Of a stretch of DNA of 28,975 bases, positions 16,417 to 25,820 are shown in pieces. Numbering within the stretch: the first letter of the stretch is position 1; each line of letters opens with the position of its first letter. This DNA is from a virus: positions 1 through 28,975 of the IMG/VR virus record IMGVR_UViG_3300021255_004131; one strand, given 5' to 3'. The notes under the pieces are model-generated. The model was given only the letters and a program-made list of their open reading frames with translations, was not told the origin of the DNA and did no database searches. Both the position numbers and the translations under genes were made by a program.

Positions 16417-16794
16417 ATGGCCGACGAGATCAAGACCTACGAGCTGCGAAAGAACCCCGAGAAGAGAATCCGCATCGACGGCGGGGAGTACTCCGTCCAG
16501 CTCGGAAACCCGACTTTCGTGCTGCTGGCCGCCGAGTGGCAGGAGCAGCTGCAGGCGATCGCGACGGGTCACGACGACGTCGCCGGGCTCCGCAAGCTCG
16601 CCTCCGACGGCAAGCGACTCGTCGCGAGCGTCGTCGGCGCGGAGGGCGCGGAGAGGCTCATGGGCGGGGACAACGCGCTCAACCTCATCCGCCTCATCGA
16701 CATCGTCGGCATCCTCGCCGAGGTCATCTCGTCCCCGGAGAGCATGGAGGCCGTCCGGGAGGTCGCCGCGAGCGTCGCGACCCTCGACGAGTAG
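16417..16794 (+). CDS. Tail assembly chaperone (G-like)
   Basis: ATG follows GGGAGG. It is 125 aa, acidic, and lies between the major tail and tape measure genes. Confidence 0.65.
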   Translation: MADEIKTYELRKNPEKRIRIDGGEYSVQLGNPTFVLLAAEWQEQLQAIATGHDDVAGLRKLASDGKRLVASVVGAEGAERLMGGDNALNLIRLIDIVGILAEVISSPESMEAVREVAASVATLDE

Positions 16795-17394
16795 ATGGAC
16801 GCGCTCGACGTGATCCTCACGGGGGCGCCCTCGACCGTTGAGGTCGGCGGCGCCCCCGTCCCCGTGAACGCGGGCTTCCGCGCGAACATCCTGGCCGAGA
16901 CGATCGACCGCGGGGACGCATCCGAGCGCCCCAGGCTCCTCATGTGCCTCTTCGCGCGAGGAGGCGAGCTTCCGTCGGAGGTCGCTCGCTCGGCTGGAGA
17001 GGCGCTGGCCGAGGCGGTCTCGTGGCACGACGCGGCCTGGTCCCTAGCCCAGTACGGCAGGGGGCAAAGGGGAGGAGGCGGGAGCGGGCGCGAGCCGAGG
17101 CCCGTGTTCGACTGGAGGGCCGACGCGGCCATCGTGGCCGCCGACTTCCGTCGATTCTACGGCATCGACATCATGGACCCGGCGTGCCAGATGCACTGGT
17201 ACCGCTTCATGGCGCTGTTCCTAGCGCTCACGAGGACCGCCGACGCGCTCGTATCGCAGGCAGTCTCCGCGCGCTCCCCGCTGCGCGGCAGGAGGTCCAA
17301 GGAGGAGAGGGAGCTGAAGTCGGCGCAGGCGTCGTTCTGGGCGTTACCCCCGACAGAACTTGAGCTTATCGAAGAAGCGAAGAGGGCGTTCTAA
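16795..17394 (+). CDS. Gp15-family tail assembly protein (T-like)
   Basis: The segment VFDWRADAAIVAADFRRFYGIDIMDP...MHWYRFMALFLAL resembles the Phage_Gp15 signature. Its ATG directly follows, in the same frame, the TAG of the preceding ORF. Confidence 0.7.
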   Translation: MDALDVILTGAPSTVEVGGAPVPVNAGFRANILAETIDRGDASERPRLLMCLFARGGELPSEVARSAGEALAEAVSWHDAAWSLAQYGRGQRGGGGSGREPRPVFDWRADAAIVAADFRRFYGIDIMDPACQMHWYRFMALFLALTRTADALVSQAVSARSPLRGRRSKEERELKSAQASFWALPPTELELIEEAKRAF

Positions 17395-17403
17395 GGGGAA
17401 GCA

Positions 17404-20124
17404 TTGTCAGAGGGCAGCATCGTAATCGAGATACTCGGAGACGCGTCTGATTTCACCGCGAAGGTGGAGAGCCTCGGCGCGAAGACCCAGTCGGCGCTGA
17501 GTTCCGTTTCATCCTCGCTCACGGCGTGGGGCGCGGGGCTGACCGCCGCCGTCACGCTGCCGCTCGGTGCGGCCGGGGCCAAGGCGATGCAGTGGGCGCT
17601 CACTACGGCGAGCGCGGCCGAGCAGGCGGACATCGCCTTCTCGACCATGCTCGGCCCGGAGCGCGCCAAGCAGATGATTGCCGACCTCACCGAGTTCGCC
17701 AAGAAGACGCCGTTCGAGATGAGCGGCCTCACCGACGCCACGCAGAAGCTGCTCGCCTACGGCTTCGCCGCCGACGACGTCATCCCGACGCTCAGGGCCA
17801 TCGGCGACGCCACCGCCGCCCTCGGATCGGGCCAGGAGGGCATCGACGCGTGCACGCGCGCGATAGGCCAGATGCAGGCGAAGGGCAAGGTCATGTCCGA
17901 GGAGATGCTGCAGCTCACCGAGCAGGGCATCCCGGCCTGGAAGTACCTCGCGGAGGCCCTCGGCACCGACGTCGCGGGCGCGCAGGAGATGGTCACGAAG
18001 GGCAGCGTTGATGCCGCGACGGGCATTGCCGCGCTCAAGGCGGGCATGGAGGGCGACTTCGGCGGCCTCATGGCCGAGCAGTCGAAGACCCTCTCTGGTG
18101 CCCTTTCCAACCTCGGGGACGCGGCCGAGGCGACCATCAAGGAGATCTACAAGACCGACGCCTACAAGGAGCTGGCTTCGGCCGTGGCCGACCTCGCGGA
18201 CCCCGTCGGCGACCTCGTCGGGAACCTCATGCCCGCGCTGGAGGGGTCGCTCTCCGCCGCCTCCGGGGCCGTGGCGGGCCTCTCCTCAACCATTTCCTCG
18301 CTCGACGCCTCGCAGGTCCAGGCGATAGTGGATGCCGTCGGGCTGCTCGCGGGCCTCGGTCCCGCCCTGCTGGTGGCGGGCCGCGCCATCGGCTCGGCGG
18401 GCGATGCGCTCGGGGCGGCATCTGCCGCAGCGGGCGCCGCGTCGAGGGGCCTGGATGCGGCCAAGACGGCGTTCGCGGAGAGCGGCGTCACCGCCGAGAG
18501 CGTCGCCGCCGGCGCGAAGAAGGCCTTCGAGGGGCTGAAGTTCGGGGCCGGTGATGCCGGAGCGGCGATACAGCTCGGTCTGGAGGACCCGCTGCACGCG
18601 GCCGAGGCGGTCGCGGTGTCCGCCGCCTCCGGTATAAGGGAATCCTTCGGCACGGTCCCGCGCGCCATGTCGACGGTCGGCGGTGCGTCGCAGGCCGTCC
18701 TCGGCATCTTCGAGAGGTCCGTCCCAATCGCCCTCGGCGTGGCGAGGGGCTTCGGCGTCGCGACGGTCGTCGCGGGCGCACTCGCCGTCGCGCTCGGCGG
18801 CGCCGCCGTCGCCGGCCAAGCCATGGGCGTCGACATGTCCGCCGCCCTCTCCGGGTTCGCCGGGTCCATCGGCAACCTCGCCCCGCTCGTCGAGTCCGCG
18901 TTCGGGTCCATAGCGCAGGCCGCTCCGCAGGCGGCCGCGGCCCTATCCGGGCAGGCCCCCGCCATAGCCTCGGCGTTCGGTCAGCTGCTCTCCTCCGCCG
19001 TCCAGGGACTCGAAGCCGCCATGCCTGGCCTCGTCGAGGCCGCGTCCTCTGCGGCGGCCGTGCTTAGCGGGACGCTCGCCACGTGCGCCCCGCTGCTCCT
19101 CGAGGGGGCCATGCAGCTCTTCGCGGGCCTTCTCGACGCGCTCTCCGAGACTGCCGGTAGCCTTGCGCAGTCGGCCCCCGAGCTTATCGGCGGGCTCGCC
19201 GAGAGCTTCGCGGCGAACGCCCCGACGCTTCTCGGGGCGGCCGGGAACCTCTTCCTGACCATAGCCCAGGCGCTGCCTCAGGTGCTGCCCGCGCTGGTCT
19301 CCGCCCTGCCCGTCGTGATCGGCGGGCTGACCTCGTCCCTGCCGGCCTTCACCGGCCAGGTCCTCGCCGCCGCGGTGAACCTCTTCCTGGGCATCGCCCG
19401 CGCCCTGCCTCAGGTGCTGCCGTCGGCCATCTCCGCCCTGGCGTCGCTAATCGGGTCCGCCGTATCGTACATCCCGACGCTCATCGGCCAGATCACCGCC
19501 GCCGCATTGAGCCTCTTCCTCGGCATCGCCCATGCGGTGCCGCAGACGGCCGGCTCCCTGCTCGGCGCCATCGGCGATCTTCTCGGGCAGGCCAAGGAGG
19601 CCTTCTCCAGCTTCTCGCTCGTCGACGTCGGCAGGCAGATGATCCAGGGCTTCATCTCCGGCATCCAGTCGGCGGTCGGCGGGCTGGTCGACGCCGCGGC
19701 GGGTGCCGCGTCCAGCGCGCTTGAGGCTGCGAAGAACCTGCTGGGCATCCACTCGCCGTCAAGGGTCTTCCGCGACGAGGTCGGTAGGATGGTAGCCCTC
19801 GGCGCGGCCCTGGGAATCGACGACGAGGCGGACGCCTGGAGGCGCTCTGTTGACGACGCCTTCGGATACATGCCCAAGGTCTCGCTGCCCGCGGCGACGC
19901 TCGGCTCCGTGCCGCTCCCGGTCCAGCCAGGCGTATCCGCGGCGTACGCCGAGTCGGCGCGGTCGGCATCCCCGTCCGAGTCGGATGGCAGGCTCATGGA
20001 GGAGGTCGGCAGGCGCATCGACGCGGCGGCCGAGAGGATAGAGAGGGCGCTCGGCGAACCGGTCTCGCTCAGCGTCGACAGGAGAGAGGCCGGGAAGATC
20101 GTGAGGGGGCTGGTCGGAGCGTGA
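17404..20124 (+). CDS. Tail tape measure protein (TP901-family core)
   Basis: 906 aa with a TTG start. The core block is FAKKTPFEMSGLTDATQKLLAYGFAADDVIPTLRAIGDATAALG...QMQAKGKVMSEEMLQLTEQGIPAWKYL. The protein is Ala/Gly-rich with internal repeats. Confidence 0.9.
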   Translation: MSEGSIVIEILGDASDFTAKVESLGAKTQSALSSVSSSLTAWGAGLTAAVTLPLGAAGAKAMQWALTTASAAEQADIAFSTMLGPERAKQMIADLTEFAKKTPFEMSGLTDATQKLLAYGFAADDVIPTLRAIGDATAALGSGQEGIDACTRAIGQMQAKGKVMSEEMLQLTEQGIPAWKYLAEALGTDVAGAQEMVTKGSVDAATGIAALKAGMEGDFGGLMAEQSKTLSGALSNLGDAAEATIKEIYKTDAYKELASAVADLADPVGDLVGNLMPALEGSLSAASGAVAGLSSTISSLDASQVQAIVDAVGLLAGLGPALLVAGRAIGSAGDALGAASAAAGAASRGLDAAKTAFAESGVTAESVAAGAKKAFEGLKFGAGDAGAAIQLGLEDPLHAAEAVAVSAASGIRESFGTVPRAMSTVGGASQAVLGIFERSVPIALGVARGFGVATVVAGALAVALGGAAVAGQAMGVDMSAALSGFAGSIGNLAPLVESAFGSIAQAAPQAAAALSGQAPAIASAFGQLLSSAVQGLEAAMPGLVEAASSAAAVLSGTLATCAPLLLEGAMQLFAGLLDALSETAGSLAQSAPELIGGLAESFAANAPTLLGAAGNLFLTIAQALPQVLPALVSALPVVIGGLTSSLPAFTGQVLAAAVNLFLGIARALPQVLPSAISALASLIGSAVSYIPTLIGQITAAALSLFLGIAHAVPQTAGSLLGAIGDLLGQAKEAFSSFSLVDVGRQMIQGFISGIQSAVGGLVDAAAGAASSALEAAKNLLGIHSPSRVFRDEVGRMVALGAALGIDDEADAWRRSVDDAFGYMPKVSLPAATLGSVPLPVQPGVSAAYAESARSASPSESDGRLMEEVGRRIDAAAERIERALGEPVSLSVDRREAGKIVRGLVGA
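19245..19560 (+). repeat. In-gene tandem repeat, 132-nt (44-aa) period, about 2.5 diverged copies (approximate bounds)
   Basis: GAACCTCTTCCTG...CTGCCTCAGGTGCTGCC at 19245 and 19377, and GAGCCTCTTCCTC at 19509 (NLFL.IA.ALPQVLP). This is typical tape-measure repetitiveness. Confidence 0.7.
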
Positions 20125-20987
20125 GGACCGACATCACATACACCAACTGCAGGGGCGAGAGCATGACCTTCGGCGGCGCCTCGGACAACGGCCTGCACTA
20201 CCTCGAGCACGAGCTGAGGGACTGGGAGTGGAGCTACTCGACAGGCAAGGGCTCGGGGCGCGTGACGTCGTTCTCCCGCCGTCCCTCAAAGCCGCTGAAG
20301 GTGAAGTTCCCGGTCGGCATCGCCGCCGCTGACGCTTCTGAAGGCCTGAGGCTCAGGAACCGCATCGTCGCGCTCGGCGAGCCGGACGTCGCCTCTGGGA
20401 CCCCCGGCACGCTCTCGATGGGGGAGTGGTCGCTGCGGTGCTGGATCGTATCGGGCGAGCCCGGGAGGTACTGGCAGGACGACCGCTACGCCGAGTTCTC
20501 GCTCAGGCTGCTCGTCGAGGACCCCTCCTGGACGAGGGGGCACGCGAGGACGTTCGTGCCGGAGACGGCGAGTGCGGCCGGGGGCGTGGACTTCCCGCTG
20601 GAGTTCCCCTTCGACCTGCGCCGCGAGAGGGCGTCGACGAGGCTCTCCGTGCCAGGGGAGTTCCCCGCCGAGTTCCTGTGGCGCGTCTACGGCCCCGCAA
20701 CCTCTCCCTACATGAGGGTCGGCGGCAACCTGTACCGCGTGAACGCCGACGTGCCCGATGGCGCCCGCCTCGAGGTCGATTCGCGTGCGAGGACAGTCAT
20801 GCTGATCCTGCGCGACGGCACCGCGTCGAGCGCCTACAGCAAGCGCGAGCGCGGCGCGAGCGGCAGCGGCTCCTACATCTTCGAGCCGCTCCCCTGCGGG
20901 GAGTCGGACCTTGCCTGGGGCAACGACGCCCGGATGGACCTGATCGCCTACGAGGTGCGCAGCGCCGCGCCGTACGAGGAGGGATAG
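20121..20987 (+). CDS. Distal tail protein (Dit)
   Basis: GTG overlaps the tape measure stop. It is 288 aa, and the call rests on synteny. Confidence 0.7.
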   Translation: MRTDITYTNCRGESMTFGGASDNGLHYLEHELRDWEWSYSTGKGSGRVTSFSRRPSKPLKVKFPVGIAAADASEGLRLRNRIVALGEPDVASGTPGTLSMGEWSLRCWIVSGEPGRYWQDDRYAEFSLRLLVEDPSWTRGHARTFVPETASAAGGVDFPLEFPFDLRRERASTRLSVPGEFPAEFLWRVYGPATSPYMRVGGNLYRVNADVPDGARLEVDSRARTVMLILRDGTASSAYSKRERGASGSGSYIFEPLPCGESDLAWGNDARMDLIAYEVRSAAPYEEG

Positions 20988-20990
20988 GCC

Positions 20991-22868
20991 ATGGCCGACA
21001 TCTGCTATACAGACTCGAGGCGCATCGACGCGGGGGTGCTGCTCGGCGCATCCCTGAACGTTGAGTGGGGCGACTCGGGCAACGACTTCGAGCTAACGGT
21101 CGACATATCATCTCCCGTGCGCCTCGATGACGGCGCGCTCGTCTACGTCGAGGGGACCGAGTGGGGAGGCGTGGTCGACGCCCGGGAGGCGAGTGCCACG
21201 GACGGAATCATGCGCTACACGGGGCGCTCGTGGCACGGCGTGCTGAGGGACCGCATCCTGTGCCCGGACGCCGGGGCCGACTACCTGTCCGTATCGGGTG
21301 AGGCGAACTCGGTACTGCTGTCTCTCGTCTCGAGGATGGGCCTCGGTGACGTCATGACCGTCTCTGCCGTCCAGTCCGGCATATCCGTGCGGCACCGGTT
21401 CGACCGCTACACCGACGCATACTCCGGCATCCGCGCGATGCTGGCCGCCTCGGGTGCCAGGCTCGGCATCTCCTACGACTCCCGTGCCGGGCGCGCGGTT
21501 CTCTCCGCCGTAAAGGTCGCCGACTGGTCCGACGGCCCGACATCGGATACCGCCGACGTCGACGTGAAGAGGGTGAGCAGGCCGTACAACCACCTGATCT
21601 GCCTCGGTTCCGGCGAGCTGCGCAACCGCATCGTCCAGCACTGGTACGCCGACGCGGAGGGCCGCGTCTCGAGCAAGCAGAGCCTCTTCGGCATCGACGA
21701 GCGAGCGACGGTGTACGACTACACAAACGCCTCGGCGGAGCAGCTGTCCCAGGACGGCCCCAAGAAGCTCGCGGAGTACCAGACCGCCGACGTCCTCGAG
21801 GCGACGCTCGGCTTCGACGGATCCTATGCCGTAGGCGACGTGGTGCCGGGAGTCGATGAGGACACCGGTACCGAGGTCTCGGTCACGGTCGGGACGGTCG
21901 ACGTGACTGTGACCGCCGACGGGGTGACGGCGACGTACCGCGCGGGCGGGACCGCCTCCTCAGGCTCGTCGGCATCGTCAGCCGAAACGTCCGGCGCCGC
22001 GGCGTCGTACACCGCGGGCGACGGCATCAGCATCGTCGGCCGGACGATCTACGCGGACGTGACCCAGGCGAAGCTGGACGCCGTGTCCGCAACGGCGGCG
22101 AAGGCCTCGTCGGAGGTCACCGGGGTCGCGACCGACCTGTCTAGGGAAGTCGAGGCCAGGCAGGCGGCGGACGAGGAGATCGCCTCGGACGTCGCGTCGC
22201 GCGTCTCCTCCGTCAAGGCCTCGGGGCCGCTCACGGCGCAGACCGACGAGTCGATGGCGGTGGTCGTCGCCCACGACGTCTCCGGCGTCGCGCCGGGGAG
22301 CTACGGCCCGGCTGCCGACTCAGAGCCATCTTTCGGCGGGAGGGTGACGCTTGGCCCGCGCATCTCGGTGGACTCACGCGGGCACGTGACGGCGGCGCAG
22401 GGGAGATCGCTTACCATCCCGGCTGCGACCGCCACGGAATCGGCTGCCGGCCTCATGAGCGCCGCCGACAAGAGGGCTCTCGACGCAGCGCCGACGGCAT
22501 ACCAGCCAGCGGGGGACTACGCGGCGGCCTCCCACGTGCACGACGCGTCGGACGTGGAGACCGGCGTGCTCCCGGTCGAGCGCGGCGGGACCGGTGACGC
22601 GACCGGCAACGCACGCAGCGCTTCTCGCCTTCAGCGGGCGCGGAAGGTGACCCTTGAGGGGGCCGTGACGGGGTCCGCCTACTTCGACGGCTCTTCGGAC
22701 GTGACGATCACCTGCGAGGGGCAGGGCGCCGCCGCGGGATTTCTCGCGGCCCACCCCGTGGGAAGCGTCTTCGAGAGCACGTCCGCCGTTAGCCCGGCGG
22801 GAAGCTACGGCGGTACGTGGAAGAGGGTGCCGAGCCTCGGCCCCTTCAGATGGGAAAGGACGGCATAG
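20991..22868 (+). CDS. Tal-like baseplate / tail fibre protein (Sipho_Gp37-like N-terminus, fibre-repeat C-terminus)
   Basis: 625 aa, following Dit. The C-terminal half has fibre motifs (AAGLMSAADKRALD, GVLPVERGGTGDATG) and Ser/Ala-rich linkers. Confidence 0.75.
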   Translation: MADICYTDSRRIDAGVLLGASLNVEWGDSGNDFELTVDISSPVRLDDGALVYVEGTEWGGVVDAREASATDGIMRYTGRSWHGVLRDRILCPDAGADYLSVSGEANSVLLSLVSRMGLGDVMTVSAVQSGISVRHRFDRYTDAYSGIRAMLAASGARLGISYDSRAGRAVLSAVKVADWSDGPTSDTADVDVKRVSRPYNHLICLGSGELRNRIVQHWYADAEGRVSSKQSLFGIDERATVYDYTNASAEQLSQDGPKKLAEYQTADVLEATLGFDGSYAVGDVVPGVDEDTGTEVSVTVGTVDVTVTADGVTATYRAGGTASSGSSASSAETSGAAASYTAGDGISIVGRTIYADVTQAKLDAVSATAAKASSEVTGVATDLSREVEARQAADEEIASDVASRVSSVKASGPLTAQTDESMAVVVAHDVSGVAPGSYGPAADSEPSFGGRVTLGPRISVDSRGHVTAAQGRSLTIPAATATESAAGLMSAADKRALDAAPTAYQPAGDYAAASHVHDASDVETGVLPVERGGTGDATGNARSASRLQRARKVTLEGAVTGSAYFDGSSDVTITCEGQGAAAGFLAAHPVGSVFESTSAVSPAGSYGGTWKRVPSLGPFRWERTA

Positions 22869-22869
22869 C

Positions 22870-23100
22870 ATGGCCAAGACAAGCGGATACTCCCAACTTG
22901 TGTGCGACAGGTGCTCCAAGACCCTGTACGCGACCGAGAACGCCCCGGAGGCCCAGAGCTGGCGCATCGTGAAGAGATACACGGCGGACGGCACGGAGGT
23001 CTCTCGCCTGCTGTGCCCCGACTGCTACGACGGCTACAGGTCCATGGCGTCCTCGCAGGACTCGGCCTTCGGCGATTTCATGGCCAAGAGGGGTGAGTAG
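22870..23100 (+). CDS. Small zinc-ribbon protein
   Basis: 76 aa with CDRCSK...CPDCYDGY. Confidence 0.55.
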   Translation: MAKTSGYSQLVCDRCSKTLYATENAPEAQSWRIVKRYTADGTEVSRLLCPDCYDGYRSMASSQDSAFGDFMAKRGE

Positions 23101-23911
23101 CGTGGCTTTCGACGGAGTCTTCGCCTTCCAGGGCAAGAACCACATCACCGCCTCGCAGCTCGGCCGCCTTGTGCAGGGCACCGCGGGCGACGGCCGCTAC
23201 GTGCTGCCGACCCAGGACAGGCTCCAGGCCACGATGCAGACGGCAAACAAGGTGGTCATCGGCTCGGGCGACCTCGTCATGGACGGCCGCTATGTGACCA
23301 ACGAGTCAGGAGTCGAGCTGACGGTCGAGTCGGGCACCTCTGGATACAACCGCAACGACATCGTGGCGCTGCGGTACTCTAAGGACGGCTCCACTGGCGT
23401 CGAGAGCTTCGAGCCCGAGGTGATCAAGGGCACGCCCGTGACCGGGACCGCCGCCGACCCGGCGGTGGACGCGGGTGCCATCTCGGACGGCTCGTCAGAG
23501 GCGTTGATGCCTCTATGGCGCATCCCGATCAGGGGCCTCGCGCCCGGGACCCCGGAGCGCATCGCGACGGTCGGCAAGACCCTGAGCGAGATCGGGGATT
23601 CCGTATCCCGGCTTACCTCGCCATGCGTCTTCTCGACCGCGTCGACGTCTTACGTGCCATTCCCGGTCGACCTCTCGTCTGCTACTTTTGTCGTCCTCAC
23701 CACGAGCGTCAACGGCAATGCTCGCGGATTGGCGAGCACGGTTATGACGGCGTCGAGCTTCGTTTCTGAATGCTTATCAGGCGATAAATCGATGCAGGTC
23801 GTATACGCTTCTGAACAAGACAACTATACGGCGTATGCGTATTACTCCAGCGGCAAAGTGTACTTGAAGTCGAGGAGCCAGTACGACAGCGCGGTCTTCA
23901 TCGTGTTGTGA
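23093..23911 (+). CDS. Receptor-binding tail fibre protein: constant N-terminal part (to about 23609) plus currently expressed variable C-terminal cassette (23610-23911)
   Basis: The last + strand structural gene (start GTG 23093 or 23102). It contains the crossover core ATTCCGTATCCC in frame (GAT TCC GTA TCC = D-S-V-S, aa 169-172). GC content visibly drops after the site. Confidence 0.8.
   Translation: MSSVAFDGVFAFQGKNHITASQLGRLVQGTAGDGRYVLPTQDRLQATMQTANKVVIGSGDLVMDGRYVTNESGVELTVESGTSGYNRNDIVALRYSKDGSTGVESFEPEVIKGTPVTGTAADPAVDAGAISDGSSEALMPLWRIPIRGLAPGTPERIATVGKTLSEIGDSVSRLTSPCVFSTASTSYVPFPVDLSSATFVVLTTSVNGNARGLASTVMTASSFVSECLSGDKSMQVVYASEQDNYTAYAYYSSGKVYLKSRSQYDSAVFIVL
23598..23609 (+). 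repeat. Crossover site R0 (ATTCCGTATCCC) inside the expressed fibre gene
   Basis: Read directly. Confidence 0.9.
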
Positions 23912-23981
23912 CGACGACAGCCCGACATACGGTAAGGTCGCTCTTCGGCATCTGGTCTTGGCCCATCGGGTAATGCCTGTC

Positions 23982-24316
23982 TTAAACCCTCAGATACGTG
24001 CAGCAGCTCTTTATCTGACCGAGGATGCCGCCCTGCGGCAGCACGTACTGCTTGATTTTGATCTCGCCCTTGGTGGTGATGCTAATCCAGAAGCTAACCG
24101 GATATGCCGCGGTGGTGAATCCCAACACCGGGAACTCGATGTTCTGATTTCGCGGAGCGAACTCTGCTGGCATCGTCGCAAACGTGACGCCCGTGTTCTT
24201 GTTCGCACTAGTGCCAGCTACTACGTCGAGCCACATCGTGACGCAATCCCCGGCTCGCATGACCTTGCCAGACTGCACGGACCATCCGTTAGCCGGTCTG
24301 AACGCGCCTTGTTTCT
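23982..24316 (-). other. Silent fibre C-terminal cassette A (no own initiation context; in phase with site R1)
   Basis: The - strand reads TCC GTA TCC CAG AAA... = SVS-QKQGAFRPANGWSVQSGKVMRAGD...TYLRV-TAA with no stop. Contains MPAEFAPRN. Confidence 0.8.
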
Positions 24317-24328
24317 GGGATACGGAAT
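24317..24328 (-). repeat. Crossover site R1 (GGGATACGGAAT on + strand)
   Basis: Read directly. The stop TAG of cassette B (24330-24332) lies 1 nt away. Confidence 0.9.
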
Positions 24329-24329
24329 A

Positions 24330-24559
24330 CTAGAAACAGTAAAACATCACATTGACAGACTCGTTGTTGCCAGGATATGGCTGGATTATCATCCAACGCT
24401 GCTTCTCAGCTGTTGAGTTACTCGACGGGCTGATAAATCGCGCGCCTGACAGTGGAAACGCGATCACGAAATTTCGGGCCTTGATGTCCGTATCAAATTC
24501 GTCGTAATAAAGCGAGCCTATTTGCTTGTTGGCAGAAAAGGTCACGTTGCGCATGACAT
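24330..24559 (-). other. Silent fibre C-terminal cassette B
   Basis: The - strand reads SVS-HVMRNVTFSANKQIGSLYYDEF...VMFYCF-TAG in phase with R2. Confidence 0.8.
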
Positions 24560-24571
24560 GGGATACGGAAT
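24560..24571 (-). repeat. Crossover site R2
   Basis: Read directly. The stop TGA of cassette C (24571-24573) overlaps the core by 1 nt. Confidence 0.9.
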
Positions 24572-24860
24572 CACATGCCGATGGGGTAGCTCAGCGAGGC
24601 GAAGTGGTTCTGGCGGTCCGTCTTGCCGCCCATGCTATGCGCATTGATGGTGCCGTCAGGCATAACAACCAGGCGGTACGAGCTGTCCCCGCCGCCGAAC
24701 TCGGTGACCATCGCCGCAGACCAGGCATGGGAGGGCCGCAGCTCCTCTGGAATGACATAAGGACACTTGATGCCCTCAGCAGGATCAGCGATGATCTGTG
24801 TGGCGCGGACGTAGACCGTCATGCCCACGAGAACGACGCTCCAGTTTTTCGTCTCGTACA
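24571..24860 (-). other. Silent fibre C-terminal cassette C
   Basis: The - strand reads SVS-LYETKNWSVVLVGMTVYVRATQ...VIPEELRPSHA...SYPIGM-TGA in phase with R3. Confidence 0.8.
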
Positions 24861-24872
24861 GGGATACGGAAT
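24861..24872 (-). repeat. Crossover site R3 (extended GGGATACGGAATGCTAG)
   Basis: Read directly. Confidence 0.9.
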
Positions 24873-24873
24873 G

Positions 24874-25193
24874 CTAGCCGATAGCCCACGAACAGATACC
24901 TCTGTTTATAGCACCAGATACCGCAGAGGCGACTTGGAATCCAGTATAGCCGGATGTGTTGATGTAGCAGTACGCGCACACGTTGAGCACGTAACCGTCA
25001 GCGTCCGTCACGCACCCCGGCACGTAGATGTTGTCAGCTGGACGCAGCTCCTCCGGGATAAGTATATCCGGCTGCCAAAATGTGGCAGTCTGCTGGATGA
25101 CTCTCCAATTGAGTGTGCATGTGCGTCCAACGCGCTGTACGTAGATGTAAGACGCCTTGCCCGGACATCCGTATAGCACAATCTGGTCGCCGT
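24874..25193 (-). other. Silent fibre C-terminal cassette D
   Basis: The - strand reads SVS-HGDQIVLYGCPGKASYIYVQ...LIPEELRPADN...CSWAIG-TAG in phase with R4. Confidence 0.8.
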
Positions 25194-25205
25194 GGGATAC
25201 GGAAT
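25194..25205 (-). repeat. Crossover site R4 (extended GGGATACGGAATGCTAG)
   Basis: Read directly. Confidence 0.9.
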
Positions 25206-25206
25206 G

Positions 25207-25475
25207 CTAGGCCAGAGCGACCAAATAATTTATTCTTATATCACCGTTCCAAACAGCGCCGAAGGTGGCGTAAATGCTACCTGAATCTCTAAAGTAGATG
25301 CAGCCGTCAACATGCGCCGGAATACCCATACCGTCTCCATTCATCACAAACACGGCATCAGTATTTGGGTCGAAGTCCCTGCCGAACAGATTTTTGAACT
25401 CATCGCGAGAGAACAGAACACTAGAAGAGTCTCTACTATGCAGCACTTTAGTACCAATAAATAGCTGCGGTATGC
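25207..25475 (-). other. Silent fibre C-terminal cassette E
   Basis: The - strand reads SVS-RIPQLFIGTKVLHSRDSSSVLF...INYLVALA-TAG in phase with R5. Confidence 0.8.
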
Positions 25476-25487
25476 GGGATACGGAAT
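25476..25487 (-). repeat. Crossover site R5 (extended GGGATACGGAATGCTAG)
   Basis: Read directly. Confidence 0.9.
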
Positions 25488-25488
25488 G

Positions 25489-25820
25489 CTAGCGGTATCC
25501 AAAAACGGCGTTGATGGCCTGAAGTCCACTCAAGTCGGCCTGAATATCCTTCCCGGAGATAATCAACCGGCCGCAATTGCCCGAGACGGACCGCGCGATG
25601 GACGAACCCGAAACCTCGATCATCTCCGAGGAGATGTAGTGAGCGTTGTTGACCTTTGAATACACATGGTCCGAGAGGATCACTTGACGGTCTCGGCTCG
25701 GGCGCACACGGGTGCTTCGCCCGCGACCGTAAAGGATGTCCACGAACTGGAAGCTGGAGACGGGCTCCGATAGCGAGATGCTCTCGGTCGACCCCCGGTC
25801 GCTCGCGAATAACGTAGTCG
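25489..25820 (-). other. Silent fibre C-terminal cassette F
   Basis: The - strand reads (Y)SVS-PTTLFASDRGSTESISLSEP...AINAVFGYR-TAG in phase with R6. Confidence 0.8.

Noticed and set aside
16770-16800. Expected -1 programmed frameshift site between the tail chaperone ORFs
   Set aside because: I could not find a slippery X XXY YYZ heptamer near the junction. The downstream ORF is in the same frame, not the -1 frame, so this is reported instead as an in-frame TAG observation.
20991-23911. Diversity-generating retroelement as the fibre diversification mechanism
   Set aside because: There is no reverse transcriptase gene anywhere in the closed genome, and I noticed no template/variable repeat pair with adenine-specific differences. 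The repeats present are short inverted recombination cores.
23958-25176. + strand ORFs 23958..24416 (152 aa) and 24526..25176 (216 aa) across the cassette region
   Set aside because: They run antisense to the in-phase cassette segments, cross the crossover sites, have odd composition, and lack plausible ribosome-binding sites.
25165-25176. Partial + orientation match to the crossover core (CATCCGTATAGC versus ATTCCGTATCCC) inside cassette D
   Set aside because: Only 8 of 12 positions match and the conserved CCC end is missing, so it is probably chance. It is worth remembering only if read data show unexpected junctions here.
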